DNA from: Patescibacteria group bacterium
Lineage (GTDB): Bacteria; Patescibacteriota; Microgenomatia; UBA12405
Assembly: GCA_023380755.1 (NCBI GenBank)
Contig: JAMCSD010000008.1
Coordinates: 24,592-88,591, forward strand
Direction of reading: 5' to 3'
DNA: 64,000 nt
Part shown: in pieces, positions 28,657 to 39,014 of the stretch
Position numbering within the stretch: the first letter of the stretch is position 1
How the letters are laid out: the number at the start of each line of letters is the position of its first letter
The notes under the pieces: model-generated
The model's input: the letters and a program-made list of their open reading frames with translations, nothing else
Database searches by the model: none
What the model was told of the DNA's origin: nothing
Program-made: the position numbers and the translations under genes

Positions 28657-29937
28657 TTAATAAGCGAATAGGTGCCGGCTGAACTCGGGGTGCTGACGGA
28701 TGGTGTCAATCAATTGCCACTGAGCTAAAATTTCGGGATAGGTGGGACTATTAATCCGGTCCCGGTTGGCAATATCGGTAATGACATTTTCATAGGCGGT
28801 ATGCATCAGCTGTTTTTCGTCGGAGTAACCAAGGCGAAAATCAACAGCCTGAGGGAGGACACGACTGGGATTAAACTCGGAATTGAGGACTAAACGAATT
28901 TCGTTGTGAGGATAGATATTGATGATCAGCTGGTTGGGAGTGAGCAAAGGACAAAGTTCACCCCAAAGACAGCGGAGATTGTTTTGGAAAATAACTTTAA
29001 TCTCGGTGGATTTTTGTTCAAGCTTTTTGCCAGTAACCACCCGAATGAGAACACCGCGCCACTGAGGAGTGTTAACTTCTAAATTGAGCTGAACAAAGGT
29101 TTCGGTGGTCGAGTGAGGATGGACATCTTTTTCCTGAAGGTAACTTTGATATTGGCCGGTACGGACATTGGCGGAAAAATCGTTGTTAAAAAGGCGGATT
29201 TTTTTAAGAATCCGGAGCTTCTCGGCAGCAAAGGCGGGAGTGGAAATACCAGTGGGCTGGGCCATAGTGATAAGAGCAATAAGTTGAAGGACATGATTTT
29301 GAATCATGTCCCTTAAAGCACCAACACGATCGTAATATTGACCACGATTATCGATGCCCCGGGTTTCAGTGGCGGTAATTTCAAGGCTTTTAATATGAAA
29401 GCGATCCCAAACTGATTCCAAGACAGGATTGGCAAAACGGAGGGAAATAATATTTTTAACTAGTTCTTTAGTTAAATAATGGTCAACCAAAAAAACCTGT
29501 TCAAAGTCAACTAGGGAGCGAATACGGTTCATAAGCAAACGGGCCGAGGGTAAGTCAAAGCCAAAGGGTTTTTCAATGGCGATCATGGACTCAGGAGAAA
29601 TGAGATGGAGCTTTAAGAGTGCCGAAAGGATATCAGTAACCAATTCCGGTGAAGTGGGAATGCCTAAGTAAAAAATGGAGTCAGGATAACGGAGTTGGGT
29701 TTTAAGCAAGGCCAGGCCAGCAAGACTGTAAGGGCCGGATAAATAATGGAAACGAGAGGCCAAGTCACGACCGGAAGCGGCGGCCACCAGAGCGGTGAAC
29801 TCAGAAGGAGTAAACGGGGTGCGACCATAACCCCAGTAATCGAACTCCAAACCGGTTTTTAAGAGGTTGGCCAAGGCAGGATAAATGTAATTTTTGGCTA
29901 AATCACCCGAGGCTCCAAAAACCACAAAATTTTTCAT
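28657..29937 (-). CDS. zwf: Glucose-6-phosphate 1-dehydrogenase
   Basis: FGASGDLA, IEKPFG.DL, DHYL.KE, RG.YYD..GALRDM.QNH, TET, TGK. Start moved to 29937. Confidence 0.93.
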   Translation of the reverse strand: MKNFVVFGASGDLAKNYIYPALANLLKTGLEFDYWGYGRTPFTPSEFTALVAAASGRDLASRFHYLSGPYSLAGLALLKTQLRYPDSIFYLGIPTSPELVTDILSALLKLHLISPESMIAIEKPFGFDLPSARLLMNRIRSLVDFEQVFLVDHYLTKELVKNIISLRFANPVLESVWDRFHIKSLEITATETRGIDNRGQYYDRVGALRDMIQNHVLQLIALITMAQPTGISTPAFAAEKLRILKKIRLFNNDFSANVRTGQYQSYLQEKDVHPHSTTETFVQLNLEVNTPQWRGVLIRVVTGKKLEQKSTEIKVIFQNNLRCLWGELCPLLTPNQLIINIYPHNEIRLVLNSEFNPSRVLPQAVDFRLGYSDEKQLMHTAYENVITDIANRDRINSPTYPEILAQWQLIDTIRQHPEFSRHLFAY

Positions 29938-30017
29938 ATGCATATTGTACTGAGAAACGCTAAGAAAAGTCTGGCCTGATGGTTGATTATAACTCATACT
30001 TTGGTTATGATAGTTTA

Positions 30018-30581
30018 ATGCTGACCATCACCGACCACCTACCAAGCCTAACTTTGGACATTTTGGAAAGGGGAAAATTTGTGACCAAAAATTTAGATGA
30101 CTACCGGGGAAAGTGGTTAATTCTGCTTTTTTATCCGGCGGATTTTTCGTTTATTTGCCCGACAGAACTGCAAGAAGCACAACAGGAATATGAAGAATTT
30201 AAAAAGCTAGGCGCGGAGATAGCCAGCGTGTCGACGGACACAAAATATGTCCACAAGGCTTGGCACGATACCTCACCAATGATAAAGACAGTTGAATACC
30301 CGATGGTTGCTGATCCGGCAGGAATTTTGTGTAGGATGATGGGAGTGTACATCGAAGAGGAAGGGATGGCCAGACGAGCGTCCTACGTGATCGATCCGGA
30401 AGGAGTGATCGTGGCAATGGATATCCATAGTAACGATATCGGCCGAAATATTCAGGAAATAAAAAGAAAATTACAAGCAGCAATTTATGTGAGAGAACAT
30501 GGGGGCGAGGTGTGTCCGGCCAACTGGAAACCAGGACAAAAAACAATGCGCCCCGGAGAGGAATTGGTCGGAAAAATTTAG
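30018..30581 (+). CDS. ahpC: 2-Cys peroxiredoxin AhpC
   Basis: FYPADFSFICPTE and GEVCPANW.PG. Start moved to 30018. Confidence 0.95.
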   Translation: MLTITDHLPSLTLDILERGKFVTKNLDDYRGKWLILLFYPADFSFICPTELQEAQQEYEEFKKLGAEIASVSTDTKYVHKAWHDTSPMIKTVEYPMVADPAGILCRMMGVYIEEEGMARRASYVIDPEGVIVAMDIHSNDIGRNIQEIKRKLQAAIYVREHGGEVCPANWKPGQKTMRPGEELVGKI

Positions 30582-30608
30582 GAGCGAGGGACTATATAAT
30601 TAGGGGCG

Positions 30609-31775
30609 ATGGAATTATCAAATGACCAAAAGTATGCTTTAAACCAGCTTATGAGTTGGTTTAAAGCCACACAAAAAGCACGGCCTTATATTACTTTGGG
30701 GGGATTTGCGGGGACGGGAAAATCAACATTGATTTCACAACTACGAAAGAATCTCTATAAAGATAATAAGGAATTACAGGTGGCTTTCTGTAGTTTCACC
30801 GGGAAGGCAACCAGAGTGTTACGGCAAAAATTAGGGGAACAAAAAATCTTACTGGAAAATGACCGGGTGAGCACGATACATTCCCTAATTTACTCCCCAA
30901 TTGTAGATGAGAAGAAAAAAGAAATTATCGGCTGGAAGCGGCAAGAAGAAATTGAGGCGGACCTGATTATCGTGGATGAGGCTTCAATGGTTGACCAGGC
31001 AATTTGGTACGACCTGATGAGTTACGGAAAACCGATTATCGCGGTGGGCGACCATGGACAATTGCCACCGATAAACGGAAATTTTAGTTTAATGACAAAA
31101 CCCGATTTGGTATTGACGGAAATCCATCGGCAAGCAAAAGAGAACCCGATTATTGATGTTTCTTTTTTGGCAAGAACGGAAGGAAAAATACCAGTAAAAA
31201 TTTTCGGAAGGGGCGTAAAAAAGCTGTCACGAATCGAGCCGGAGACCGGCGAAGAGGTGGAGGAGTTGTTGTCGACTTTTACGCCAACTACCCTACTTCT
31301 GTGCGGCTATAACCAAACTCGGGTGAGACTAAACCAATTTATCCGGAATAAGTTAGGGTTTGGGAGCGATGAGCCAGAGGCAAATGACCGGGTAATTTGT
31401 TTGCGCAACAACCACGAAAAAGAGGTATACAACGGAATGCTGGGAACAGTGGCTCAGATCAGAACAAAGAATGAGGATTGGTATACGGCAACTATTTTGA
31501 TGGATGAAGAGGAAGAAGCATATGAGGGACAAATCAGCCGCAAGCAGTTTAATTTGAAAGATTCGATGAATTTTACGGATAAACGAAAATTAATTATGCA
31601 AGGAGATCTGTTTGATTTTGGATATGTGCTGACAGTGCACAAAGCCCAAGGATCGCAGGCAAAGAAAGTGGTTTTGTTTGAGGAGCGGTTTTCAAAGATG
31701 AGTGAGGACGATTGGAGAAGGTGGCTGTATACCGGGGTGACGAGGGCAGAGGAAGAGTTGGTGATAATTGGCTAA
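30609..31775 (+). CDS. RecD/Dda-like SF1B DNA helicase
   Basis: GFAGTGKS, TIHS, DEASM, GD..QLPP, HRQ, TVHKAQGS, YTGVTRA. Confidence 0.92.
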   Translation: MELSNDQKYALNQLMSWFKATQKARPYITLGGFAGTGKSTLISQLRKNLYKDNKELQVAFCSFTGKATRVLRQKLGEQKILLENDRVSTIHSLIYSPIVDEKKKEIIGWKRQEEIEADLIIVDEASMVDQAIWYDLMSYGKPIIAVGDHGQLPPINGNFSLMTKPDLVLTEIHRQAKENPIIDVSFLARTEGKIPVKIFGRGVKKLSRIEPETGEEVEELLSTFTPTTLLLCGYNQTRVRLNQFIRNKLGFGSDEPEANDRVICLRNNHEKEVYNGMLGTVAQIRTKNEDWYTATILMDEEEEAYEGQISRKQFNLKDSMNFTDKRKLIMQGDLFDFGYVLTVHKAQGSQAKKVVLFEERFSKMSEDDWRRWLYTGVTRAEEELVIIG

Positions 31776-33124
31776 TGAGGAAGAAGACCGCCTAAGAGGG
31801 CGGTGTACATGAGAGTTAAGGAATCGGAAAAATAGGTGTTAGAAGGGTTACCAAGAAAAGTTTCGGCAATTTGGGTGCGATAGTCGGCGTTGGTGGAAAC
31901 AATAGAGGCACAAGCAGCGGCACCCACAAAGGCGGCGGCGGTGTAGGAATTTTGCGGCTTACCGGTGAGATCATAAACGGCTTTAATATTGGCTGCCCCT
32001 TGAGATTCGAAGAAAGCATTTATTTTTTCCAATTGTTTTTTGGCGTGTTGACCGGCAATGTTGTCGGGATACCAAAGGGCAGCCATCGCCTGACGCCAAG
32101 GAAAACGGACAGCGTCCCAACCAAAGAGTAAGCCATCGGCTCGACCCGGTTGGGAAGGATTACTTTGCTGAACCCAATTGGGGACGAGACCCTTACCATT
32201 GGGAAAAGCGGCTTGAATGGCATCAATAAAATCCCGATCAGTGGCGGCAACAAGATCCCAAATGCTGTTACCAGTTTCATCCTTGAGAAGGGGGTAATAG
32301 CCCGGAGAGGAATAAGCGGCATCGTACTGGCCATCCCAACCATTACTGGGACGAAGACGGCCGGAAGGACGACTAATATCGGCGGCGGTAATAGCTTGCG
32401 CCAGACGTAAAGACTCGGCTTGATACTGAGGATTTTTCTGGGCAGCTAAATGACGAGCAAACCACTGATCAAGATCAGCATCGGTGGCAGAATTAGGATC
32501 AGGGACAGACCCGTCGGCCAGGATCTGCCATTTGCTTAACCCAGCAGCATTAAGATATTGAGGATAAAGATCGTGAGCCAGTAAACCGGAAAAGGTGGCC
32601 ATGTCCCCCTTGATGACGGCCGCCAGCTCCCAATAACCCTGACCTTCGCTGACAATACTTTTATCTTCATCAATCTTGACGACCCGGAGGGCGTTGGGGA
32701 CAACAGGATCTTTTAAAACATAACGATCCCTAAAATCAGGATAAAAACGGTCAAAAGCAGCGGCCATTTCTTTTTGGAGATCGGGGGGGTAAAGGGCTTC
32801 GGGTAGAGGGGTAGCGGTTTCGGCGGCGGCAGGAGAGGGTTGAGCAGTAGGGGTATCGGGAGCAGCGGAAGTGGCGGCAACTGGGGTGGGGGTATCAGGA
32901 GGGTTGGTACCAGCAACGGCCTGAGGACTAGGACTATTAATGATTCGGGTGGCCGGTTCGGCGGTGGGAGCCGGGGCAGAGGTAGCGGTGGGAATAGTAG
33001 TTTCGGAAGGAGAGGGGGCAACGGTAGGCGTGGGCCCAAAACGGAGAGTACAAGCGGCCGCTAGCCCATTGACTAGACCGGCAGCAGTGATTTTGAGTAA
33101 TTGACGACGGGATAACTCCTTCAT
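31772..33124 (-). CDS. Glycoside hydrolase family 8, putative lipoprotein
   Basis: VSEGQGY, SATDADLD, WDAVRFPWR; N-terminal SRRQLLK...AAAC; PT linker. Confidence 0.88.
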   Translation of the reverse strand: MKELSRRQLLKITAAGLVNGLAAACTLRFGPTPTVAPSPSETTIPTATSAPAPTAEPATRIINSPSPQAVAGTNPPDTPTPVAATSAAPDTPTAQPSPAAAETATPLPEALYPPDLQKEMAAAFDRFYPDFRDRYVLKDPVVPNALRVVKIDEDKSIVSEGQGYWELAAVIKGDMATFSGLLAHDLYPQYLNAAGLSKWQILADGSVPDPNSATDADLDQWFARHLAAQKNPQYQAESLRLAQAITAADISRPSGRLRPSNGWDGQYDAAYSSPGYYPLLKDETGNSIWDLVAATDRDFIDAIQAAFPNGKGLVPNWVQQSNPSQPGRADGLLFGWDAVRFPWRQAMAALWYPDNIAGQHAKKQLEKINAFFESQGAANIKAVYDLTGKPQNSYTAAAFVGAAACASIVSTNADYRTQIAETFLGNPSNTYFSDSLTLMYTALLGGLLPH

Positions 33125-33173
33125 ATTTAGTAGTAGTTATATTGTAGCAGTAAAAAGCGTATATAATCAAAGT

Positions 33174-35105
33174 GTGAAACAAGTATTGTGGGTAATGGTG
33201 GGGTTATTTTTATTATGGCCAAGGACGGTCGAGGCGGCAAGTTCAAAGTCTTATGCCATTAACAACGTAACAATTACCGGAACGGTAAATAAAGACGGCT
33301 CGATGATGGTCGAAGAAAGACGGACTTACCAATTTAATGGCAGCTACACTTTTGCCTACCAATATATTAATAGGCAAGGAAACGGAACGGCCGGAAGGAA
33401 TGAGCCATATGTATTAAGTCATTTTTCTTTGTGTGACCAAAACCAGTGCTACCGACAATTAACGGGGGCAGAAAAAAATAACGCAGATACCCTAAAACCG
33501 ACGCAAACATTTTATGTGGAAGAAAGGGCGGATCAGTATTATATTAAATGGTTTTACCAGGCCTATTCAGAAACTAAAATTTTTAACCTAAGGTACCGGG
33601 TAGATAATGCGGTGACTTTGGACCGCGATGTAGCCGAGTTATATTGGAAACTAGTCGGTGATGGGTGGGAAATTCCGCAAGAGGCAGTGGCAGCAAAGAT
33701 TTTTTTACCGGAAGGAATTGACGGCCAGGCGCTTAAGGCCTGGGCCCACGGACCGACACCAGGAAGAGTGACCATAACCAAAGCGACAGAGGTGGACTAC
33801 ACCCTCCCCCAGTTACCGGCAAAAACATTTTTTGAAGCGAGAATCGAGATGCCAAAAAGGGTGTTTAATGGCGGGGCGACCGGAAGCCTAGACAAGGCAG
33901 GAGTGGAGGCACAAGAAGCGGCTTTTATTCAAGAAAGTAAAAAGGAGGCGGCCAGACGTCAAGCAGAGACAACGGGGTTAATAATGATGGAAATACTACT
34001 GATCACAGGGATGGCAGTAGTTTTTGGAAAAAGAGTCGCTAATTTTTGGAAGTACGGGAAAGATAGTCCCCTGCCACAGGTCACTTTATCGGGGCGGATT
34101 TGGGAGGCACCAAGTGAGATTGATCCGGCACAAGTGGAACAATTATTATCGGGGCGAAAGGCGTTAACGCCAAAAGCCTTCACGGCAACAGTACTATCAC
34201 TGGTACAAAATAGGTTTTACCGCTTAATAAGAAGCGACCAAAAGGAGGGATTGTTTTTTAAAAATTATCATTATTACTTGGTGCCGGAAACAACGACGAA
34301 AGCTCCATCAAAAATCCAAGCAGTGGTCTTGGATTTGTTATCACGGGTGGGAAAGCGACAAACGATTATCCAAGGCCAGGGGGCGGCGGCAGTGGATTTA
34401 CAAGATATTGTGAGCTGGTGCCGAACTAATCGGTACGAGGCATACCAATTTTTTCAAGATTTTCCTGAGGTGGTTTTGGCGGAAAATTTAGAGGAAGGCT
34501 ACTTTGAAGAGAAAGCGCATGAAGAGAAAAACCAAGGGGGGCTGAATGCCTTGTTGGCCTTACTAATGGTAGGATTGTTATTTTTAGGAATTGCCGGAGG
34601 AACGTATTTCCAAAGTGGCGAGATGGCGTTAGTCGGAATCGGAGGAGGGTTGGCGGGGTCCGGTTTGCTGATGATAAGTATTTTTTTGATCGTCTTCGGA
34701 GAAAAGAGAACAGTAAAGGGAGCGGAAGAAGCAGCCAAATGGAAGGCATTTAAACGACACCTGGAAGAATACCGGCAGACACAAAATGACCCAATTGATT
34801 CGGTAATTATCTGGGAAAAATACTTGGTTTACGGGACAGTATTGGGAGTATCGGCCAAGGCACTGTCTCAATTACCGGTACGGTTCCCAGAAGAACAACA
34901 GCAAGTGGTAATGGCTTACTGGGGAGGGGCAAGCGCGGGACAGGTGAGCGATTTTTCAAACAGTATTGCTTCCCTATCTTCGGCAATCAGCAGTATCTCA
35001 AACGTTTCCAGTTCTTCATATGGGGCCAGCGGAGTCGGGGGAAGCGGCGGGGCATCGGGCGGAGGAGGTGGCGGCGGCGGCGGTGGCGGCGGCGGGGCCG
35101 GCTGA
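33174..35105 (+). CDS. DUF2207 membrane protein
   Basis: DGS..VEE..Y.F.G, ELYW, WEKYLVY...LGV, Gly-rich tail. Confidence 0.9.
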   Translation: MKQVLWVMVGLFLLWPRTVEAASSKSYAINNVTITGTVNKDGSMMVEERRTYQFNGSYTFAYQYINRQGNGTAGRNEPYVLSHFSLCDQNQCYRQLTGAEKNNADTLKPTQTFYVEERADQYYIKWFYQAYSETKIFNLRYRVDNAVTLDRDVAELYWKLVGDGWEIPQEAVAAKIFLPEGIDGQALKAWAHGPTPGRVTITKATEVDYTLPQLPAKTFFEARIEMPKRVFNGGATGSLDKAGVEAQEAAFIQESKKEAARRQAETTGLIMMEILLITGMAVVFGKRVANFWKYGKDSPLPQVTLSGRIWEAPSEIDPAQVEQLLSGRKALTPKAFTATVLSLVQNRFYRLIRSDQKEGLFFKNYHYYLVPETTTKAPSKIQAVVLDLLSRVGKRQTIIQGQGAAAVDLQDIVSWCRTNRYEAYQFFQDFPEVVLAENLEEGYFEEKAHEEKNQGGLNALLALLMVGLLFLGIAGGTYFQSGEMALVGIGGGLAGSGLLMISIFLIVFGEKRTVKGAEEAAKWKAFKRHLEEYRQTQNDPIDSVIIWEKYLVYGTVLGVSAKALSQLPVRFPEEQQQVVMAYWGGASAGQVSDFSNSIASLSSAISSISNVSSSSYGASGVGGSGGASGGGGGGGGGGGGGAG

Positions 35106-35125
35106 GGATAGGCTATAATAAGTAC

Positions 35126-35902
35126 ATGCAGGTGGAAAATTTAAGCCGGATTGAGTTAGAACTGCTTTTTGGACAATGGGGAAGAAGGAACGGGATAAGG
35201 AAACATTTACTTGACCTGGATGACACGATTTGTGATACCGATAAAGTATTTAAGGAACAATTTCTGGCCTGCAGTGCATACCTGGCCAGAAAGGCGCCCC
35301 AACTGGGGCCAGAGCAATGGAAGAAAAAGTTAGTGGAAGTGAATGATGGTCTCTTTGCCTCGCTGGGGGTAAGACGAGAGAAGTTGGGGGCAGTGATGAC
35401 GGAAGTAGGAAAGCAATACAGCCTGCCGGGAGAAGTACGGGAGACAGCGTGGGGAATTTTGGACCAAATTTATGAGCGGCCAATACAAATGCTACCGGGA
35501 GCAGAAGAGGGGTTGGCTTTTATTAAAAAATGCGGGGTACCATTGGGGATAGTAACTCACGGAGGCTTACAGTGGAGCTGGCGGAAATACCAATGGTTGA
35601 ACATGGCGCGTTATTTAGACTGGGATGAGGTGTATGTAGTAGACGAAAACGGGCATAAAACAGAACGGTCATGGCAAGAGGGATGCCGATACCATGGGGT
35701 AAAACCAGAAGAGTGTTGCGTGACGGGTAATAGTCCCCTGTCGGACATCAACCCAGCACTAAATATCGGAGTCCGACATTGCTTTTTGGTGGAAAATGAT
35801 GGTTTGTGGTCCATCCACAAGGTGCCGCTAGTAAAAGAAGTGAAAAGGATCCCCGACCTGTCAGCCTTTATCGGATTGGGGGCGGAATACTTGACGGCAT
35901 AA
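35126..35902 (+). CDS. HAD-superfamily hydrolase
   Basis: DLDDTI motif I, IVT motif II, GNS..SDI motif IV. Confidence 0.88.
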   Translation: MQVENLSRIELELLFGQWGRRNGIRKHLLDLDDTICDTDKVFKEQFLACSAYLARKAPQLGPEQWKKKLVEVNDGLFASLGVRREKLGAVMTEVGKQYSLPGEVRETAWGILDQIYERPIQMLPGAEEGLAFIKKCGVPLGIVTHGGLQWSWRKYQWLNMARYLDWDEVYVVDENGHKTERSWQEGCRYHGVKPEECCVTGNSPLSDINPALNIGVRHCFLVENDGLWSIHKVPLVKEVKRIPDLSAFIGLGAEYLTA

Positions 35903-35923
35903 ATTGTTTTATAATGATGATAT

Positions 35924-36328
35924 ATGCCAAGAAAAAACGAGGAGGATTTTAAAGAGGAAACTAAAGTTCACGTAGACCGGGAAGAAGCCGCTGGCGGCTG
36001 GGAAGAGCGCCGCGCCAAGTCACACGATATTGTGTGGGCGTGGGTATTAATTTTTGCGGGGATAACATTTTTGCTTAATAATACCGGAGTAATTCCATGG
36101 GCAATTTGGGGAGAGTTGTGGCGATTTTGGCCGATATTGCTAGTCCTGGGAGGGTTGAGATTGGTTTTGGGGCGAGGACGGACGGGAGAAGCAATTGTAG
36201 GATTAGTAACCGTGTTCTCGTTAGTGGTGATACTGGCGTACGCCCTGCGAGCGGTGGGATCACCGTTGGTGCCGTCGCTAGGACTGGACAAACTGCCGGC
36301 ATTCCCCTATCTGGATCAAAACCGGTAA
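35924..36328 (+). CDS. LiaF/DUF5668-like membrane protein
   Basis: LI..G..FLL.N.G..W..LWRFWPILL...GL. Confidence 0.8.
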   Translation: MPRKNEEDFKEETKVHVDREEAAGGWEERRAKSHDIVWAWVLIFAGITFLLNNTGVIPWAIWGELWRFWPILLVLGGLRLVLGRGRTGEAIVGLVTVFSLVVILAYALRAVGSPLVPSLGLDKLPAFPYLDQNR

Positions 36329-36334
36329 TCCGAG

Positions 36335-36703
36335 TTATTGGCCGTCAAAAGAATTGATGGAGTTATTGCCAGTGGAAGCGGAACTGTCGACCGAGGTGCG
36401 AATATCAAGTCCGTTTTGGCGGGATTGGGTTTTTTGTTCAAGGTGACATGAAGAACCAGTGGCAGTTTGAGTCCGACCATTAACCGTAAGGGTACAGGTA
36501 CTTTTACCGGAGGAAGAAGCGCTAGGAGAAGCGGAGGGGAGCGGGGTAACGGTAACAACATCCTCAACACCTTTAACATTCTGAAGGGTACCGGGAGAAA
36601 CGGCCGGAACCGGAGCCCGAGGAGGACGGTGAAGTAAATATTGATTAACAGCGGTAGCGAGGACGGTAAAAACGATGAGGATGACAAAAACTTCTTTATT
36701 CAT
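36335..36703 (-). CDS. Hypothetical membrane-anchored protein
   Basis: N-terminal TM, S/T/P-rich; overlaps the upstream stop. Confidence 0.6.
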   Translation of the reverse strand: MNKEVFVILIVFTVLATAVNQYLLHRPPRAPVPAVSPGTLQNVKGVEDVVTVTPLPSASPSASSSGKSTCTLTVNGRTQTATGSSCHLEQKTQSRQNGLDIRTSVDSSASTGNNSINSFDGQ

Positions 36704-37154
36704 GTTGGGTAGGGTGGCTAATTAACCGATCAATGAGAACAGTCACCTGGGACCGAATACGGGTGAACTGAGTTTCGGAGAAGGTGATGATTTCCTCATC
36801 AGTAAGGTCGGGAGTAATATCTTTAATGTCCCAGACCTGGTATTCAGTTCCTTTATAATTATAGCGCTTTTGACAGACCTCCAGATGCCAAGGCGTCATA
36901 AAAATAATGAGGTCTTGAGAACCAAGGAGTGCGGGGGTGGTCTGGACCCAGGTAGGAGAAAGATAGTCTAAGAGATTATTATTTTTAAGAAGGCGGAGGG
37001 CATACCAGGCAATCGGACCATTCTCGGCATTTACGGCTTGAATCCCGCTGGAAGTGAGGTGAAACTGGGGATGGTTCTTGAGCAAGTAACGTCCAAAACT
37101 TTCACAAAGGCGGCTGCGAAAAACATTGCCAGTACAGATAAAATGTAGGTTCAT
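36696..37154 (-). CDS. Low-molecular-weight protein tyrosine phosphatase/ArsC family
   Basis: FICTGNVFRS (CX5R), SSG, W.I.D. Confidence 0.88.
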   Translation of the reverse strand: MNLHFICTGNVFRSRLCESFGRYLLKNHPQFHLTSSGIQAVNAENGPIAWYALRLLKNNNLLDYLSPTWVQTTPALLGSQDLIIFMTPWHLEVCQKRYNYKGTEYQVWDIKDITPDLTDEEIITFSETQFTRIRSQVTVLIDRLISHPTQHE

Positions 37155-37175
37155 CTGGTGAATTATAATGTATGG

Positions 37176-39014
37176 GTGAGCATGAAAGTGAAATTGGGGA
37201 AAGGATTGTTAATGATATTGGTCGGTTGCGGGTTAATAAATCCTCTGAAAATACAGGCAGCGGAGTTAAGTTGCCCCAACAGATACGCCACTATTATTAA
37301 TCCAGTAAGAAGTAGGAGCTTGTGGCGAGACAAGAGCCTGAAACCAATTAATAACCAATATGGGGCAATAGAAAAAGATGGGTTGGCAGCCACATGGCTA
37401 TTACAAGATGATGTCTTAAAAGATAAAGAACTAATGGGGGTGATAAAAAGTTTTGACCAAAAACAAGAAAAGGGGGTCTTTTTGGAGGTGAGTGAACAAC
37501 TGGCCCAAGAAAGCGGGGTGATATACCCGGCCCATACTTATTGGTATAACCCGGGGGTAGTCTTTTTGTCGGCCTACCAACAAAGTGAAAGAAGGCGGTT
37601 GATCGATAACCTGATGAAAGATTTTAAGGCTAACTTTGGAGATTATCCAAAGGCAGCCGGGGCGTGGTGGATTGATTCATACTCCGTTGATTATTTAAGG
37701 GAAAGATACGGTGTTAAGGCTATGATGATTGTGGCTGACCAAAAGACGACGGACCATTACGGGGTATGGGGGCAGTGGTGGGGAGTGCCCTATTACCCCA
37801 GCAGGGCCAATGTGTTAGTACCGGCCAGTACCACCAAAAACAAAGAAGATGTAGTGATGGTCCAATGGGCCCAAAGAGATCCAAAACTGGCCCAAGGGGA
37901 AGGACCAAAATTTTCAAACTATTCACTCCAAGCGAATGATTACATCAGCCAAGGAAAAACAACAAATTATTTTAAGGAATTGGGGAAAATTTATTTGGAT
38001 TGCAGCAACAAGGTGGGCCAAATTACGGTCGGACTGGAAACTGGGATGGAAAGCGTGGGATTTATCGAGGAATATGGACGACAAATGGAAGCGATAGCTG
38101 AAATGAAGGGGGTGGAGGCGGTGACTATGAGCCAATTTTATGAACAATTTGCCAAAGTATATCGCCAGTGGCCGGAAGCAGCAGTGGTGGGAACAGAGAA
38201 AGAGTGGACGATGGACACGAAAGGCCGTAGATACGAAGGAGGAGAAAAGTTGGCTTACCAGGCAGGAGTGGCATTTGAGGATTATTGGGTGGCAGATAAA
38301 AGCGAGTTTTTAAACAGAAACTTAATAACCCAAGGTAAGCAAGTAGATAAAAACTATTGGCCAGTGTGGATGGGGCTCGCGGGAGGAATGAGCGTGTGGC
38401 TGGTATTAAAGAAAAAATGGCGGGGATGGCTGGTGGGAGTATTATTTGGTTGGGGGGCTTTTGGCCTATTATTACGATCAGGTTATGAGTATGGATGGCA
38501 GGTTTTTTACGGACCAAAGGTAAATAATTTAGAAGTTGCCCAAATAGCGGCAGTAGGAATAACGGGACTTTTAGTCGTGGCGGGATTGAAGTTGATTAAA
38601 AGAAAGGATTTGTGGTGGCTGATGCCAGCTACCTTTGCCGGAGACGCGGTCTTAAAGGCGTTGAGGTTTTCAGTGATCGACCAAAAATATTTGGCGGGGG
38701 TGTTAATAGGAAATTTCCGACTGTTAGCAATCGGAATAGGTAAGGGAGGACTCAGCTTCCTGAACAGCCATCTTATCGGATACCAAGCCGGAGCATTGTT
38801 GAAATTTGATTTTAATAAAATATGGGAAAATGGGGTGGTAAGCCTATTCCTTTACCCCGTAGCCCATATGGTAATAGCGGTGGGATTGGGGTGGATTTTG
38901 GCCAGGTTACCCAAAAAATACGGAGTGATAGTCTGGGGGCTGTTGGTGGTGGCTTTAGGATGGTTGATCGGGACAGCAATGGCGGACCCAAGAGTAGTGG
39001 TACCAATTACTTAG
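37176..39014 (+). CDS. Membrane protein with an extracellular polysaccharide-deacetylase/GH-like domain
   Basis: Signal peptide; TWLL, FK..FG.YP...GAWWID; several C-terminal TM. Start GTG 37176 or ATG 37182. Confidence 0.6.
   Translation: MSMKVKLGKGLLMILVGCGLINPLKIQAAELSCPNRYATIINPVRSRSLWRDKSLKPINNQYGAIEKDGLAATWLLQDDVLKDKELMGVIKSFDQKQEKGVFLEVSEQLAQESGVIYPAHTYWYNPGVVFLSAYQQSERRRLIDNLMKDFKANFGDYPKAAGAWWIDSYSVDYLRERYGVKAMMIVADQKTTDHYGVWGQWWGVPYYPSRANVLVPASTTKNKEDVVMVQWAQRDPKLAQGEGPKFSNYSLQANDYISQGKTTNYFKELGKIYLDCSNKVGQITVGLETGMESVGFIEEYGRQMEAIAEMKGVEAVTMSQFYEQFAKVYRQWPEAAVVGTEKEWTMDTKGRRYEGGEKLAYQAGVAFEDYWVADKSEFLNRNLITQGKQVDKNYWPVWMGLAGGMSVWLVLKKKWRGWLVGVLFGWGAFGLLLRSGYEYGWQVFYGPKVNNLEVAQIAAVGITGLLVVAGLKLIKRKDLWWLMPATFAGDAVLKALRFSVIDQKYLAGVLIGNFRLLAIGIGKGGLSFLNSHLIGYQAGALLKFDFNKIWENGVVSLFLYPVAHMVIAVGLGWILARLPKKYGVIVWGLLVVALGWLIGTAMADPRVVVPIT

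Noticed and set aside
35040..35102. GGC repeat tract
   Set aside because: Encodes the normal Gly-rich tail of DUF2207 proteins.
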